DNA from: Bacteroidales bacterium
Lineage (GTDB): Bacteria > Bacteroidota > Bacteroidia > Bacteroidales > WCHB1-69
NCBI GenBank assembly: GCA_017651425.1
Contig: JAGCCZ010000031.1
Location: forward strand, 14,966 to 78,965
DNA: 64,000 nt
Direction: 5' to 3'
This document shows positions 28,887-38,589 of the stretch, in pieces. Made by a program: the position numbers and the translations under genes. Each line of letters begins with the position of its first letter. The stretch's first letter is position 1. The notes beneath the pieces are model-generated. The model had not been told where the DNA came from, searched no databases, and worked only from the letters and a program-made list of their open reading frames with translations.

Positions 28887-31139
28887 CTATCCCATCAGAT
28901 ACTCGTCGATAGCCTTGGCGGCCTCTTTGCCGGCACCCATGGCGAGGATGACGGTAGCCGCGCCGGTCACGATATCGCCACCCGCGAAGATCTTCGGATG
29001 CGAGGTCCTTCCCCGCTCATCGGCAGTGACGCAACCATGGCGGTTTACGTCCAATCCCTGCGTGGTGGAAGCCACCAACGGATTTGGGGAAGTACCCACG
29101 GCTATGATGGCCATGTCTGCGTCAAGGGTGAATTCAGAGCCCGGGATGGGCACCGGACGTCTTCTGCCGGAAGCATCGGGTTCGCCCAACTCCATGCGGA
29201 TGCAGGTCATACCGCGCACCCAGCCCTTCTCGTCACCCAATATGCGCACAGGGTTGCAGAGCAGGTTGAACTGCACGCCCTCCTCCTTGGCATGATGCAC
29301 CTCCTCGGCGCGCGCCGGCAACTCCTCTTCGGAACGGCGATAGACGATGGAGACCTCCGCACCGAGGCGTATGGCCGTGCGCGCAGCATCCATGGCCACG
29401 TTTCCGCCACCGACCACAACCACATGGCGCCCCACGAAGTTGGGGGTCTCGTAACCCTCCTTATAAGAAAACAGCAGATTGTTTCGTGTCAAAAACTCAT
29501 TGGCGGAGACCACCCCGCAGAGGTTCTCCCCCTCCACGCCCAAAAAGTTCGGGAATCCCGCACCGGTGCCCAAGTAGATGGCATCGTAACCCCACTTGGT
29601 CAGCAGATCGTCCACCGTCACGGTACGCCCGATGACAATATCGCTCTCAAAGCGCACACCCAGCTTCTCGACATTCTCCACTTCGGGTCGGACCACCTTT
29701 TTCTTGGGAAGACGGAACTCGGGGATGCCGTACACCAAGACGCCGCCGAACTCGTGCAGGGCCTCGAAGACGGTGACGTTGTAGCCCTTCATCCGCAGTT
29801 CCTTGGCACAAGTGAGTCCCGACGGGCCGCTGCCGATGACAGCCACCTTGCGGCCGTTGTCGGAAGCCGGCTTGGCAAAAGTGAGCTTGTGCTCCCGTGA
29901 CCAGTCGCCCACAAAGCGCTCCAACTTCCCGATGGCCACCGGGTCGCCCTTGCGACCGAGTATGCACTTGCCCTCGCACTGCGTCTCCTGCGGGCATACG
30001 CGTCCGCAGACCGCCGGCAGGGCAGAATCCTCGTTGATGATGCGCGCAGCCTCAGCAAAGTCGCCCTCGGCCACAGCGTGGATGAAGGCGGGGATGTTGA
30101 TCTGCACAGGACAGCCCATGACGCACTGCGGCTTCTTGCAGTTGAGGCAGCGCTTGGCTTCCGCCATGGCCTCCTGCTCGTTGTAGCCGTAGCAGACCTC
30201 CTCGAAGTTCTGGCGGCGTTGTTCAGCGGGCTGCTCGCGCACGGGCACACGGCCCTGGGTTTTTGCAGATTCCGGCACAACGGGGGATGTCTCCCAGCAC
30301 TGGCAATCTTTGTGCTTGTGTTCCTCTATGTGGTCGTACATGGCCTGACGGCGCATGCACTCGTCGAAATCAATCAAGGAGGCGTCAAACTCAGGTCCAT
30401 CGACGCATGTGAATTTGGTTTCGCCGCCTACGCTGACGCGGCAGGCACCGCACATGCCCGTGCCATCCACCATCAAGGCGTTGAGGCTGGCCACGCAAGG
30501 GATGTTCAGAGCTGCGGCCTTGCGGGCCACGAACTTCATCATGATCATCGGACCGATGGCCGTGATCTCGTCATAATGACGTCCCTCCTGTTCCACCAAA
30601 TGTCCCAACATGTCTGTCACATTTCCCTTGAAACCCGCACTGCCGTCATCGGTGGCAATGTACAGGTTGGAATTTATGGCACGCAACTTCTCCACATAGA
30701 ACAACAATGATTTTGTGCGGGCTCCGATGATGACATCACATTCCAACCGATGCTGTGCCATCCACTTGACCAAGGGGAATATCGGCGCGATGCCGACACC
30801 GCCCGCGATGAAACAGTAACGCGATCTCCGAAGCTCCTCCATCGGCCGGTGTATAAACTCCGACGGCCGGCCAAGAGGACCTACCACATCCTGGAAAGAT
30901 TGTCCCACTTCAAAAGTCACCATCTTGCGAGTGGAGTAACCTATGGTTTTCACCACCAAAGCGATGGTTCCGTCCTGAAGATCGGCATCGCTCACCGTCA
31001 AGGGAATGCGTTCGGCGTGTTCATCAGCCTTGACGATGACAAACTGGCCGGGAAGGGCGGCCAAAGCGATCTTCGGGGCTTCAACTTCAATCAAATAGGT
31101 GTCTTGTCCGAGTTCTTGTTTCTTGACGATTTTATACAT
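28887..31139 (-). CDS. Fused NfnA-NfnB electron-bifurcating transhydrogenase (often annotated bifunctional PyrK/NADPH-dependent glutamate synthase)
   Basis: N-half: PGQFVIV, ERIPLT, MVDGTGMCGACR...CVDGP. C-half: RCLNCKKPQCVMGCP, CGRVCPQETQCE, GSGPSG, GGGNVAMD. Confidence 0.88.
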   Translation of the reverse strand: MYKIVKKQELGQDTYLIEVEAPKIALAALPGQFVIVKADEHAERIPLTVSDADLQDGTIALVVKTIGYSTRKMVTFEVGQSFQDVVGPLGRPSEFIHRPMEELRRSRYCFIAGGVGIAPIFPLVKWMAQHRLECDVIIGARTKSLLFYVEKLRAINSNLYIATDDGSAGFKGNVTDMLGHLVEQEGRHYDEITAIGPMIMMKFVARKAAALNIPCVASLNALMVDGTGMCGACRVSVGGETKFTCVDGPEFDASLIDFDECMRRQAMYDHIEEHKHKDCQCWETSPVVPESAKTQGRVPVREQPAEQRRQNFEEVCYGYNEQEAMAEAKRCLNCKKPQCVMGCPVQINIPAFIHAVAEGDFAEAARIINEDSALPAVCGRVCPQETQCEGKCILGRKGDPVAIGKLERFVGDWSREHKLTFAKPASDNGRKVAVIGSGPSGLTCAKELRMKGYNVTVFEALHEFGGVLVYGIPEFRLPKKKVVRPEVENVEKLGVRFESDIVIGRTVTVDDLLTKWGYDAIYLGTGAGFPNFLGVEGENLCGVVSANEFLTRNNLLFSYKEGYETPNFVGRHVVVVGGGNVAMDAARTAIRLGAEVSIVYRRSEEELPARAEEVHHAKEEGVQFNLLCNPVRILGDEKGWVRGMTCIRMELGEPDASGRRRPVPIPGSEFTLDADMAIIAVGTSPNPLVASTTQGLDVNRHGCVTADERGRTSHPKIFAGGDIVTGAATVILAMGAGKEAAKAIDEYLMG

Positions 31140-31171
31140 GATGCCAAATATTTAGTTGGGATACGAGGGTG

Positions 31172-31179
31172 CAAAAGTA
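31172..31179 (-). promoter_or_regulatory. -7 promoter element (TACTTTTG) for nfnAB
   Basis: TAnnTTTG match 32 bp before the ATG. Confidence 0.6.
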
Positions 31180-31241
31180 CGAAAAAAAAAAAATAGGGTT
31201 CAGAGCCGGATCCACACTCCCGGGCTGTCGATTGAAAAAAA

Positions 31242-31325
31242 GGGAATGATATAGCAGTTGACCTGAAGAAACAACAAAGACGGGCTATTCCAACGCTTAT
31301 TATGTTTGCGGCATCCAGTGCCGCA
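31242..31325. repeat. 22-nt motif plus hairpin unit (solo copy)
   Basis: GGGAATGATATAGCAGTTGACC (31242-31263) and TGCGGCA-tccag-TGCCGCA (31307-31325); related copies at 58979, 59407, 59451. Confidence 0.7.
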
Positions 31326-31333
31326 CACACTCT

Positions 31334-32707
31334 CTACAAACTGGCCAGGCAAGAAATCTCATCGGGCAAGGCGATGCCCTCCGAAAAAGGTGCGACCATG
31401 GCCCGATTTCTGGTGTCGTCACCGGTACCGAGGTCCAGTTCATTGGTAAAGATGACGGGTATGTCACTGTCGATAAAGCCAAACTGCTGATAGTATGGCT
31501 TCAATGCCGGATCGGCAGGGATGAGCATGGCGGCTGCGAACCCGCAATTGCGGGCGGCCGCGACGGCTTCGTGAATCACCTCGCGGGCAAGTCCCTTGCC
31601 ACGATACCCGGGCAGTGTGGCGATGCCGTACAAGTACGCAGTGGGGCCCAACTCCGTGATACAAGGGATCACGAATGCCATGGAAACGACATGTCCCCCG
31701 TCGCGACGCACGAAAGCGCAGTCAGGGAAATAATAGCGAGCAAGGAAGCTGTGTACGAAAGAGTCCTCGTCACCAAAGCAGACTTGCCATACATGGAGGA
31801 TATCGCGCATGTCGGATGTCAGATGGAGAGCCAGGATCTTAGGAGCCATATTGACGGGCATATAGGAGAGCTTGGACTTGCGCAGGCCGGGTAGTCCCAA
31901 GTCCTCTTCCCGGTTGATGAGCGTATATTGAGGCGGCAAATACCGGGCAAAAAGGTGGTTGATCATGGCGTAGGCACCGTCGTATGAAGTGTCGGCCTTC
32001 TCCACATGTGTACAGAAAGTGTGGTCGTTGAGCCGGGAACCATACGTGAAGGCCACGATATTGTCGTCCACGCGCAGGACACCGCCAAGAAGCTGCAGTT
32101 CCTCGAAATGGTCGAAGGCATGGCGGATGGCCTGCTGCTCGGCTGAAGGCCCGTCGGAGGAATCACCATGCTGCCCGCGCCATACACTCTCCAAACGGAG
32201 GCACTCGTCAAAGTCCGCACGCGTAAGAGCTCCGTAAGTATAGTCATACAGGCGCGTGAACTTGTTGACATGGTTGCGTTTGGGCGCAAACTTTCGCCCA
32301 CGCAACTCGGCCAGTTCCGCGCGGCTATAGACATAGTCCTCCAAATCCCGATTGCGGTCCAGCACAAAGGAGTCGGGGCACTGTGACAGCAGCTGGCCGC
32401 ACTCGCGCTCACTGAAGCTGACGAGCATCAGGGGGTGTCCATGCGCGTTCGCCTCCTGCGCCAGCAAAGGTACAATCTCGCTGTAGGGATGCGAGTCATC
32501 GATGTCAATGACCATATAGCCGATGCGGCGTTCGCCATTGAGATGGCAACGGATGATCAGCCACGACTCCCATTCCGCCCATTCCATCTTGTAATGATCC
32601 TGCCAGCAAAAGAGATTGGCGAAGGTCCAGTCACAAGTGGTACGGTCATCCTGAAAATATTTTAGGAAAATCGGGCGATCAGCAATAGTGATGGGATGGA
32701 AATGCAT
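31334..32707 (-). CDS. DUF2156 (aminoacyl-phosphatidylglycerol synthase C-terminal-like) domain fused to a GNAT acetyltransferase
   Basis: DYVY...LRGRKFAPKRNHVNKF, HVEKA, INREEDLGLPGLRKSKLSY; C-terminal YLYGIATLPGYRGKGLA acetyl-CoA motif. Confidence 0.85.
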   Translation of the reverse strand: MHFHPITIADRPIFLKYFQDDRTTCDWTFANLFCWQDHYKMEWAEWESWLIIRCHLNGERRIGYMVIDIDDSHPYSEIVPLLAQEANAHGHPLMLVSFSERECGQLLSQCPDSFVLDRNRDLEDYVYSRAELAELRGRKFAPKRNHVNKFTRLYDYTYGALTRADFDECLRLESVWRGQHGDSSDGPSAEQQAIRHAFDHFEELQLLGGVLRVDDNIVAFTYGSRLNDHTFCTHVEKADTSYDGAYAMINHLFARYLPPQYTLINREEDLGLPGLRKSKLSYMPVNMAPKILALHLTSDMRDILHVWQVCFGDEDSFVHSFLARYYFPDCAFVRRDGGHVVSMAFVIPCITELGPTAYLYGIATLPGYRGKGLAREVIHEAVAAARNCGFAAAMLIPADPALKPYYQQFGFIDSDIPVIFTNELDLGTGDDTRNRAMVAPFSEGIALPDEISCLASL

Positions 32708-32760
32708 GATTCAACGATTGGACAACGCTTGCGTTAACCCTGTTTTGAGTTTTGACTTTG

Positions 32761-33951
32761 TTATCCCAATGCTTCCACCAACTGATCGACTTGCCCCATC
32801 TGTTCCTCCTTCATAGCGGACTTGAGGGTGACGATGGGCTCCACTATCGTGTTGGGTTTCATCTCGGAGAATATCTTCTGAATCTCCTTGGCAGCCACGG
32901 GTGCCCAAGTGCCATTCTCGACAATGCCGAAGGTTCGGCCCTGCAAAAAATGAGCCTTCAAATCCAGCAGATAGTTTTCCATGGGAGGATAGAGACCGCC
33001 GTTGTAGGTGGGGGCCACCAACACAATGTGACTGCAGCGGAAAGTCTCCGACACCAAATAGGAGACATGCGTGGCAGCGACATCATACATACGCACATCT
33101 CTGAAGCCCTTTTCGCCCAACTTGTTAGCCACGACAGTGGCGGCGGACTCCGTGTGACCGTACATCGATCCGTAAATGACAACGGCGGCCTTCTGTTCGG
33201 GTTCATAACGGCTCCACAGGTCATGTTTTTCGATGAAGTAGCCTATATCCTGGCGCCAAACAGGACCATGCAGCGGGCAGATCATCTTGATGTCAAGATT
33301 GGCAGCTTTCTTGAGCAAAGTCTGCACCTGAATGCCATATTTGCCCACGATGTTGGTGTAGTAGCGGCGAGCCTCGTCGATCCAGTCGCGATCGAAGTTT
33401 ACCTCATCGGCATAGAGGTTGCCGCCAAGAGCCCCGAACGTGCCGAAAGCGTCGGCGGAGAAGAGAATGCCGTACTCAGACTCATATGAGACGACCACTT
33501 CGGGCCAGTGTACCATCTGCGCAGTGACAAAGGTGAGCGTGTGTCGGCCCGTGTTGAGGGTGTCGCCCTCCTTCACCGTCTGGATGTTGACTTGGAGACC
33601 GTGCGAGAAAAACTGCTGGATGAACTTGCCGGCCATGGCGCTGCAGACCACGACAGCCTGCGGATGGCGCAACAGAACCTCCTCCAAAAGGGCCAGATGG
33701 TCAGGCTCCACATGATGGATGACGATATAGTCCAGCGGGCGTCCGGCGAGCGTACACTGCAGATTCTCCAAGAACTGCGCGCCCACGGCATTGTCCGCCG
33801 TGTCGAGCAGGGCGGTCTTCTCGTCCAACAAAACGTATGAGTTGTAAGAGACACCGCGAGGCACGGGCATCATGTTCTCAAATTGGGCCAGCCGACGGTC
33901 GGAAGCTCCTATATAATAAAGGGCGTCTTTTATTTTACGGGATGTATTCAT
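32761..33951 (-). CDS. fprA: FprA family flavodiiron protein (O2/NO reductase)
   Basis: GVSYNSY, HHVEPDH, MVHWPE, SADAFG, PLHGP, flavodoxin SMYGHT. Confidence 0.9.
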   Translation of the reverse strand: MNTSRKIKDALYYIGASDRRLAQFENMMPVPRGVSYNSYVLLDEKTALLDTADNAVGAQFLENLQCTLAGRPLDYIVIHHVEPDHLALLEEVLLRHPQAVVVCSAMAGKFIQQFFSHGLQVNIQTVKEGDTLNTGRHTLTFVTAQMVHWPEVVVSYESEYGILFSADAFGTFGALGGNLYADEVNFDRDWIDEARRYYTNIVGKYGIQVQTLLKKAANLDIKMICPLHGPVWRQDIGYFIEKHDLWSRYEPEQKAAVVIYGSMYGHTESAATVVANKLGEKGFRDVRMYDVAATHVSYLVSETFRCSHIVLVAPTYNGGLYPPMENYLLDLKAHFLQGRTFGIVENGTWAPVAAKEIQKIFSEMKPNTIVEPIVTLKSAMKEEQMGQVDQLVEALG

Positions 33952-34376
33952 TGGGGATTGTTTTTTGTTTCTGTCGTTGGTTTTGTCTGGATTTCCTTGT
34001 TCTCCATGCGCAACAGGACCACCTCAAAGATGGAATAGAGGAAATATATGACGAGGAACGCAATGGCAAAACGTATGGCATCGGCCCTATTGAGGAACAG
34101 GTAGAGCAAAAGGAAAAGCAGGCAGGAGAGAAGTTTCACAACACGCGACAGCAGATAGTTGGAGACAAATCGCTTGCCCTCCTTGCCTTGGTCGTCGCGC
34201 ATGACAACAAACATCGTGAAAAGCGTGATGACAAAGAAGAAGAGCACGATAAACGGCAGGGCGGGTGAGGCGAGTTGCGGAAACAGCCATTGGAACAGCA
34301 CCGTGAGGCCGGCGATGACCACGGAGAAAATAATAATGCGGAAGGAGAACTTTCTAATGGGTATCTTTTGGCTCAT
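33948..34376 (-). CDS. Four-TM membrane protein of the type that precedes atpB in Bacteroidota (AtpI-like)
   Basis: Four hydrophobic segments, FVSNYLLSRVVKLL...FLVIYFLYSIFE; overlaps atpZ-like gene. Confidence 0.6.
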   Translation of the reverse strand: MSQKIPIRKFSFRIIIFSVVIAGLTVLFQWLFPQLASPALPFIVLFFFVITLFTMFVVMRDDQGKEGKRFVSNYLLSRVVKLLSCLLFLLLYLFLNRADAIRFAIAFLVIYFLYSIFEVVLLRMENKEIQTKPTTETKNNPQ

Positions 34377-34608
34377 CTTTTTTTTCGTTTTTGGAATGAA
34401 GCACCGATTTGATCATCACATACATGGCAATGGCCACCGCAGCCAACGACAGGATGACCGTGAAGGCTGGCGAGCAATTCAGCTTCTCATCCAGCTTTAT
34501 GCCACCAAACACGCCGGCAGCAATAATCACGCCCATCTCTATCCCCATATTGGAATAGTAGGCGTAACTATGGAGGGCGCGACCGTTAGATGCTCTCTTG
34601 GAGGACAT
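34354..34608 (-). CDS. AtpZ/AtpI family protein
   Basis: YSNMGIEMGVII...GGIKLDEK...TVILSLAAVAIAMY. Confidence 0.8.
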   Translation of the reverse strand: MSSKRASNGRALHSYAYYSNMGIEMGVIIAAGVFGGIKLDEKLNCSPAFTVILSLAAVAIAMYVMIKSVLHSKNEKKDEPKDTH

Positions 34609-34620
34609 CGGATGTCCGAA

Positions 34621-35007
34621 CTATCTTTTTTCGGGTTGCGGAGCGGCGGCGGCAGCGGCGCGCTGGTTGTTCATCTTGCAGTTGCCGGAGAATTCTGCAC
34701 CCGGTTCGATGGCAATTTTGCCGGCACTGATATTGCCGACCACATTGGCAGTTGCCTTGAGGAAAACCAAATCGCTGACATTCAAACTTTCCGCACGGAT
34801 GGTGCCTTCAATCTCAACATTGGAACAGGTGACATTGCCGTCCACCTTGCCGCTGCGGCCAATGATGATCTTGGCCTTGGAGGTGAGATTCCCTTTTACC
34901 ACACCGTCAATGCGACAGTCGCCGTTGGTGATGATGCTTCCCTCTACTTGGGTGCCTTGCGCAATGACGTTGATAACGCCAGTTTCACGAGTATCAATTT
35001 CTTTCAT
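34621..35007 (-). CDS. Bactofilin (polymer-forming cytoskeletal protein)
   Basis: NVIAQGTQVEGSI...RIDGVVKGNL...IEPGAEFSGNCKM. Confidence 0.9.
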   Translation of the reverse strand: MKEIDTRETGVINVIAQGTQVEGSIITNGDCRIDGVVKGNLTSKAKIIIGRSGKVDGNVTCSNVEIEGTIRAESLNVSDLVFLKATANVVGNISAGKIAIEPGAEFSGNCKMNNQRAAAAAAPQPEKR

Positions 35008-35052
35008 AATATCAAAATTTCGTTATTGTTATTTTTTTAAGTCGGTTTTAAA

Positions 35053-37761
35053 TTAAGGCTCTTGAAGATAATGCTCTTTGAAAAAGTCGTCGTAAAAGAC
35101 ACGTCCCTCCTTGTTGTTGTAGAAAGAGGTGTAGTTGACGGCGGAAATGGCGTAAGGTATAATGGTTTTTCTGTTAATGTCCGCACTGAACATCTCGTCC
35201 TTGACGAGAAGGTTATAGTAGTTCATGGCCAACTCGGCATTGGTGAATTTCGCGATTGTCACCATCTGCTGGGTGTTGTTCACGTAAAAGCTGTTGACAT
35301 TGAACCGCTGCAAGCTGAAATAGGTCTGGTTGAAAGTGGCCACATTCTGCTTCACAGTCTGCACGGGGAGATCGGCAGTGGTGACCAACAGAATGATATA
35401 GTGCATCTCATCAGCATTGTAGTTGAACGGGTTTGAAGGTGTCTTGGGCACTGTGGCGCCTTGGAGACCCTTCTGCGCACTGGCAGCGGAGTCGGCAGCG
35501 GGCACGGGATTGAGGGAGGCGAGCTTCTGGGCATCGAAAATGGAAAGATAGGTGCGGGCCAAGTCGGCCACCTCCGTGGTCGGGAATTCACTGATGATGC
35601 GCTGCAGCCCCTTGATGAGGGTGTCCTCGTTGAACACCTGCCCAGCAGCGACCGTGCGCAAGTAGGTGTATTTGGACTTTAAGACAGGATCGGTGCATTG
35701 GGGAATGGCGGCATCGGCTGCCTGCACAACAGCACCCCACTGCTTGTTGTTAAATTGGGCATAGACATTCTCGTATTGGCGTTCCAACGTCTTCTGCTCT
35801 TCGGCCAAACGTTCATAATAGTGAGGATCCTTGATCAGCTTGGCATAGTCGGTATTCGCATACTTGGTGAGCAAAATATCCTTGTAGTGGTCCGACTTCA
35901 CCTGATCCACCCCTTGGTAAAGGGTATAGAGCAGATACGTTGCGGGCAGCGTGTATTCGCCATCCGGGAACCGCTGCAGAAGGGACTCGAAAGAGGCGCA
36001 GGCGCGAGGAATGTCATGGAGCAGGTCACGGTAAATATAACCTGCCTCATACAGATTCTTGGCGATGATGGCGTTGGAAGAGTCTATGGCCCCGGGGGTC
36101 ATCGGCAGGTCCTGCAGGTAGTAGGCCTCCTTCTTGGGGTCGGTCTCGCGCTTGGGAATGGGGTTGCCGTCGTCATCATATTCAACCGAGTCTGGTGCCA
36201 GACTCGGGTCGTTCATGAGGGCCATGTCGTCGAAGGAGATCTGTTGCTTGTTGCTGATAAACCAGTTGTCCTCCAACTTACGGTTGCCCCAACGGCGGTA
36301 GAAGTCCTGCTGTCCGGATGTCACCAACGACTGATTGTAGAAATACCACTTGCCGTTGGAAGAGGTGGTGTTGATATTGGTGTAGGAGGCCGCATTCTGC
36401 ATGGCCAGCATACGTTCCGCCTCCTCGGCGGCGGCCTTGCGCTCCGCCTCCGTATAGTCGGCAATCATCTTCTGGACCCACGCCTTGCGCTGGCTGTCCG
36501 ACATCTTGGCAATACGCTGCAGGCTGTCCTGAAGGTCGATTTCGTCAAGCTTGTCCACCAAATCCTTGAGCACTCTCGACTTTTGGATCACATGGTCGTA
36601 GTCCGGATAATTTTTGGGGATGCTGAGAGCAGCAGTGTCGTAGTAAGCCTGCGCCTTGCGATATTCGTTCTCGTTGAAATAAAGATCTGCGAGTGTAAGG
36701 CTGGAGAAAGTGCGCTGATAGTTGTTCGTGGTCGAGGTGGCCACCGACTTGGCGAGATAGTTCTTGCGCAGGGTGTCGTTTTCGTCAATGCGGGCGATTT
36801 CAGAGTAGGCGTAAAAAATCTGGTCCTTGAAATCCTCGTTTTTTTCCTCCGCAAGCATCTTCTTGAACTGTTTCGTAATGGCATTCCGCGCGGAGGGACT
36901 GCCATCGTAGTTGGAGGCCAAGTGCATTTGGGCGCTGAAGACCATCTCGTAGTTGGAGGACTTCTTGATCACCTGCTCAAAGCGCTTCTGGGCTTCGGCC
37001 TGCTGGTTCATCTGCTCGTACAGTTGCCCGAGGATGAGGTTCAGACGGGCCTTGAACTCACGCTTCGGATGAGCTTCGATGGCGTTGTTGAGGTAATCGA
37101 TGGCCTCCTGACGGTCGCCGTCGGGAGCGGTGAGGTGATATTCGGCCTTGGCGGCGTTGAAGAGGACGTTGAACTTCTTGTTCTTCTTGCTGGTGGCCAG
37201 ATAGTGGAGATTCTCCAGCTGCTCGTCAGCCGAAGAGAAGTAGTTCTGGCGCAGAGCCGTGCGCGCCAACATGACCGCCGCCTCATTGTAGGTGTTCGAC
37301 TTCGGGAAGTTATGGGTGATATAGGAAAACACACGCTGCGCCTGCACATAGTCCTGCTTGTAAAAATAGGACTTGCCCATGATCAGGTAGGCGTCATCGA
37401 TGGTCTTCACATACTCCTTGCCTTTGAAGAGCATAGAATGCTTGTAAATGGCCTTGGAAGACTTCTCGATGGTGCGGTCCAAGTGAGACAGTGCGGGACC
37501 CAAGTCGCTTTTGGCCGGATAATAGTAAACGGGCAGAATGGTGGTGTAGTTGTCCTTCGACAACTTGTTCAACTCCGTTTCTGCCGACTTGAAGGCCTGC
37601 TGGCCGTTCCAAAGCACATTGTACTTGCAAGTGACGTTGTGGTATGCCCTGTTGATGGCGGTGTTCTTGGAGGTGGAACACCCCGTCACCCCTATCATCG
37701 CAATGACGAGGAGCATAAGAGCCAATATATTGGTTATGTGTGTTTTCTGTTTCAAATTCAA
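35053..37761 (-). CDS. sprE: T9SS TPR lipoprotein SprE/PorW
   Basis: Lipobox GC, KNTAINRAYHNVTCKYN, TPR repeats, WYFYN...WGNRKLEDNW; upstream of bactofilin. Confidence 0.85.
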   Translation of the reverse strand: MNLKQKTHITNILALMLLVIAMIGVTGCSTSKNTAINRAYHNVTCKYNVLWNGQQAFKSAETELNKLSKDNYTTILPVYYYPAKSDLGPALSHLDRTIEKSSKAIYKHSMLFKGKEYVKTIDDAYLIMGKSYFYKQDYVQAQRVFSYITHNFPKSNTYNEAAVMLARTALRQNYFSSADEQLENLHYLATSKKNKKFNVLFNAAKAEYHLTAPDGDRQEAIDYLNNAIEAHPKREFKARLNLILGQLYEQMNQQAEAQKRFEQVIKKSSNYEMVFSAQMHLASNYDGSPSARNAITKQFKKMLAEEKNEDFKDQIFYAYSEIARIDENDTLRKNYLAKSVATSTTNNYQRTFSSLTLADLYFNENEYRKAQAYYDTAALSIPKNYPDYDHVIQKSRVLKDLVDKLDEIDLQDSLQRIAKMSDSQRKAWVQKMIADYTEAERKAAAEEAERMLAMQNAASYTNINTTSSNGKWYFYNQSLVTSGQQDFYRRWGNRKLEDNWFISNKQQISFDDMALMNDPSLAPDSVEYDDDGNPIPKRETDPKKEAYYLQDLPMTPGAIDSSNAIIAKNLYEAGYIYRDLLHDIPRACASFESLLQRFPDGEYTLPATYLLYTLYQGVDQVKSDHYKDILLTKYANTDYAKLIKDPHYYERLAEEQKTLERQYENVYAQFNNKQWGAVVQAADAAIPQCTDPVLKSKYTYLRTVAAGQVFNEDTLIKGLQRIISEFPTTEVADLARTYLSIFDAQKLASLNPVPAADSAASAQKGLQGATVPKTPSNPFNYNADEMHYIILLVTTADLPVQTVKQNVATFNQTYFSLQRFNVNSFYVNNTQQMVTIAKFTNAELAMNYYNLLVKDEMFSADINRKTIIPYAISAVNYTSFYNNKEGRVFYDDFFKEHYLQEP

Positions 37762-37818
37762 AAAATTGTCGTTATTCGTGCCAAACTAAAGAAAAAATAT
37801 AACGGCGTTTTGGCTTTT

Positions 37819-38430
37819 TTATTTTTGCTGTTGTGCAAAATATTCTTCGATAAGATGCTGGACATATTTGCCGAACACATCGAATTCGATATTGACCACG
37901 GTGCCGGGCCTGAAATTGTGGAAATTGGTAACCTTGTGGGTGTACGGGATGATGGCCACGGAAAAACGTCCCTTCTCGGAGTCCACCACCGTCAGGCTCA
38001 CTCCATTGACGGAAATGGAGCCTTTCGGTACGGTGAAGTTGTTTTTCGAGGCATCGTAGGTGAAATAATAACGCCAGCTGCCATTCTCATCGACCACCTT
38101 CTCGCAGGTGGCGGTCTGGTCCACATGCCCTTGCACGATGTGACCGTCGAAGCGACCGTCCATGCGCATGCTGCGCTCCAAGTTCACCTCATCACCCACT
38201 TTCCAAGTACCCAGATTGGTCTTCAACATGGTTTCCTCCATGGCCGTGACCACATACTGTTTCTTCTCCTTGTCCAATTTGACCACCGTAAGGCAACACC
38301 CGTCGTGCGCCATGCTCTGGTCTATCGACAGCTCGTCCGCAAAATCAACCTCGAGTGTGAAATCGTAGTTTGTTCTATCTTTCTTTATATCAATAATTTT
38401 ACCTGTTTTCTCAATAATCCCAGTGAACAT
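37819..38430 (-). CDS. ribE: Riboflavin synthase
   Basis: MFTGIIE start, GCCLTV, NLER, GHIVQGHVD, NGVSLTV, VNIEFD. Confidence 0.95.
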   Translation of the reverse strand: MFTGIIEKTGKIIDIKKDRTNYDFTLEVDFADELSIDQSMAHDGCCLTVVKLDKEKKQYVVTAMEETMLKTNLGTWKVGDEVNLERSMRMDGRFDGHIVQGHVDQTATCEKVVDENGSWRYYFTYDASKNNFTVPKGSISVNGVSLTVVDSEKGRFSVAIIPYTHKVTNFHNFRPGTVVNIEFDVFGKYVQHLIEEYFAQQQK

Positions 38431-38589
38431 AATTTACCATTTTCTAAAAACGCGCAAAAATACAAAAAAAGGGAATAGACTCAAGTGTCAAGAGACTATG
38501 AATTTGCAATTTGTAGCTATTGGACGGAATTTGCATACGCGCACATTCCTCTCCTCTCGGAAAGAGGAGCCATCTTTTGTGAAAACGTA

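Noticed and set aside
38431-38589. FMN riboswitch upstream of ribE
   Set aside because: No RFN consensus; only a promoter motif and a short hairpin (38551-38569).
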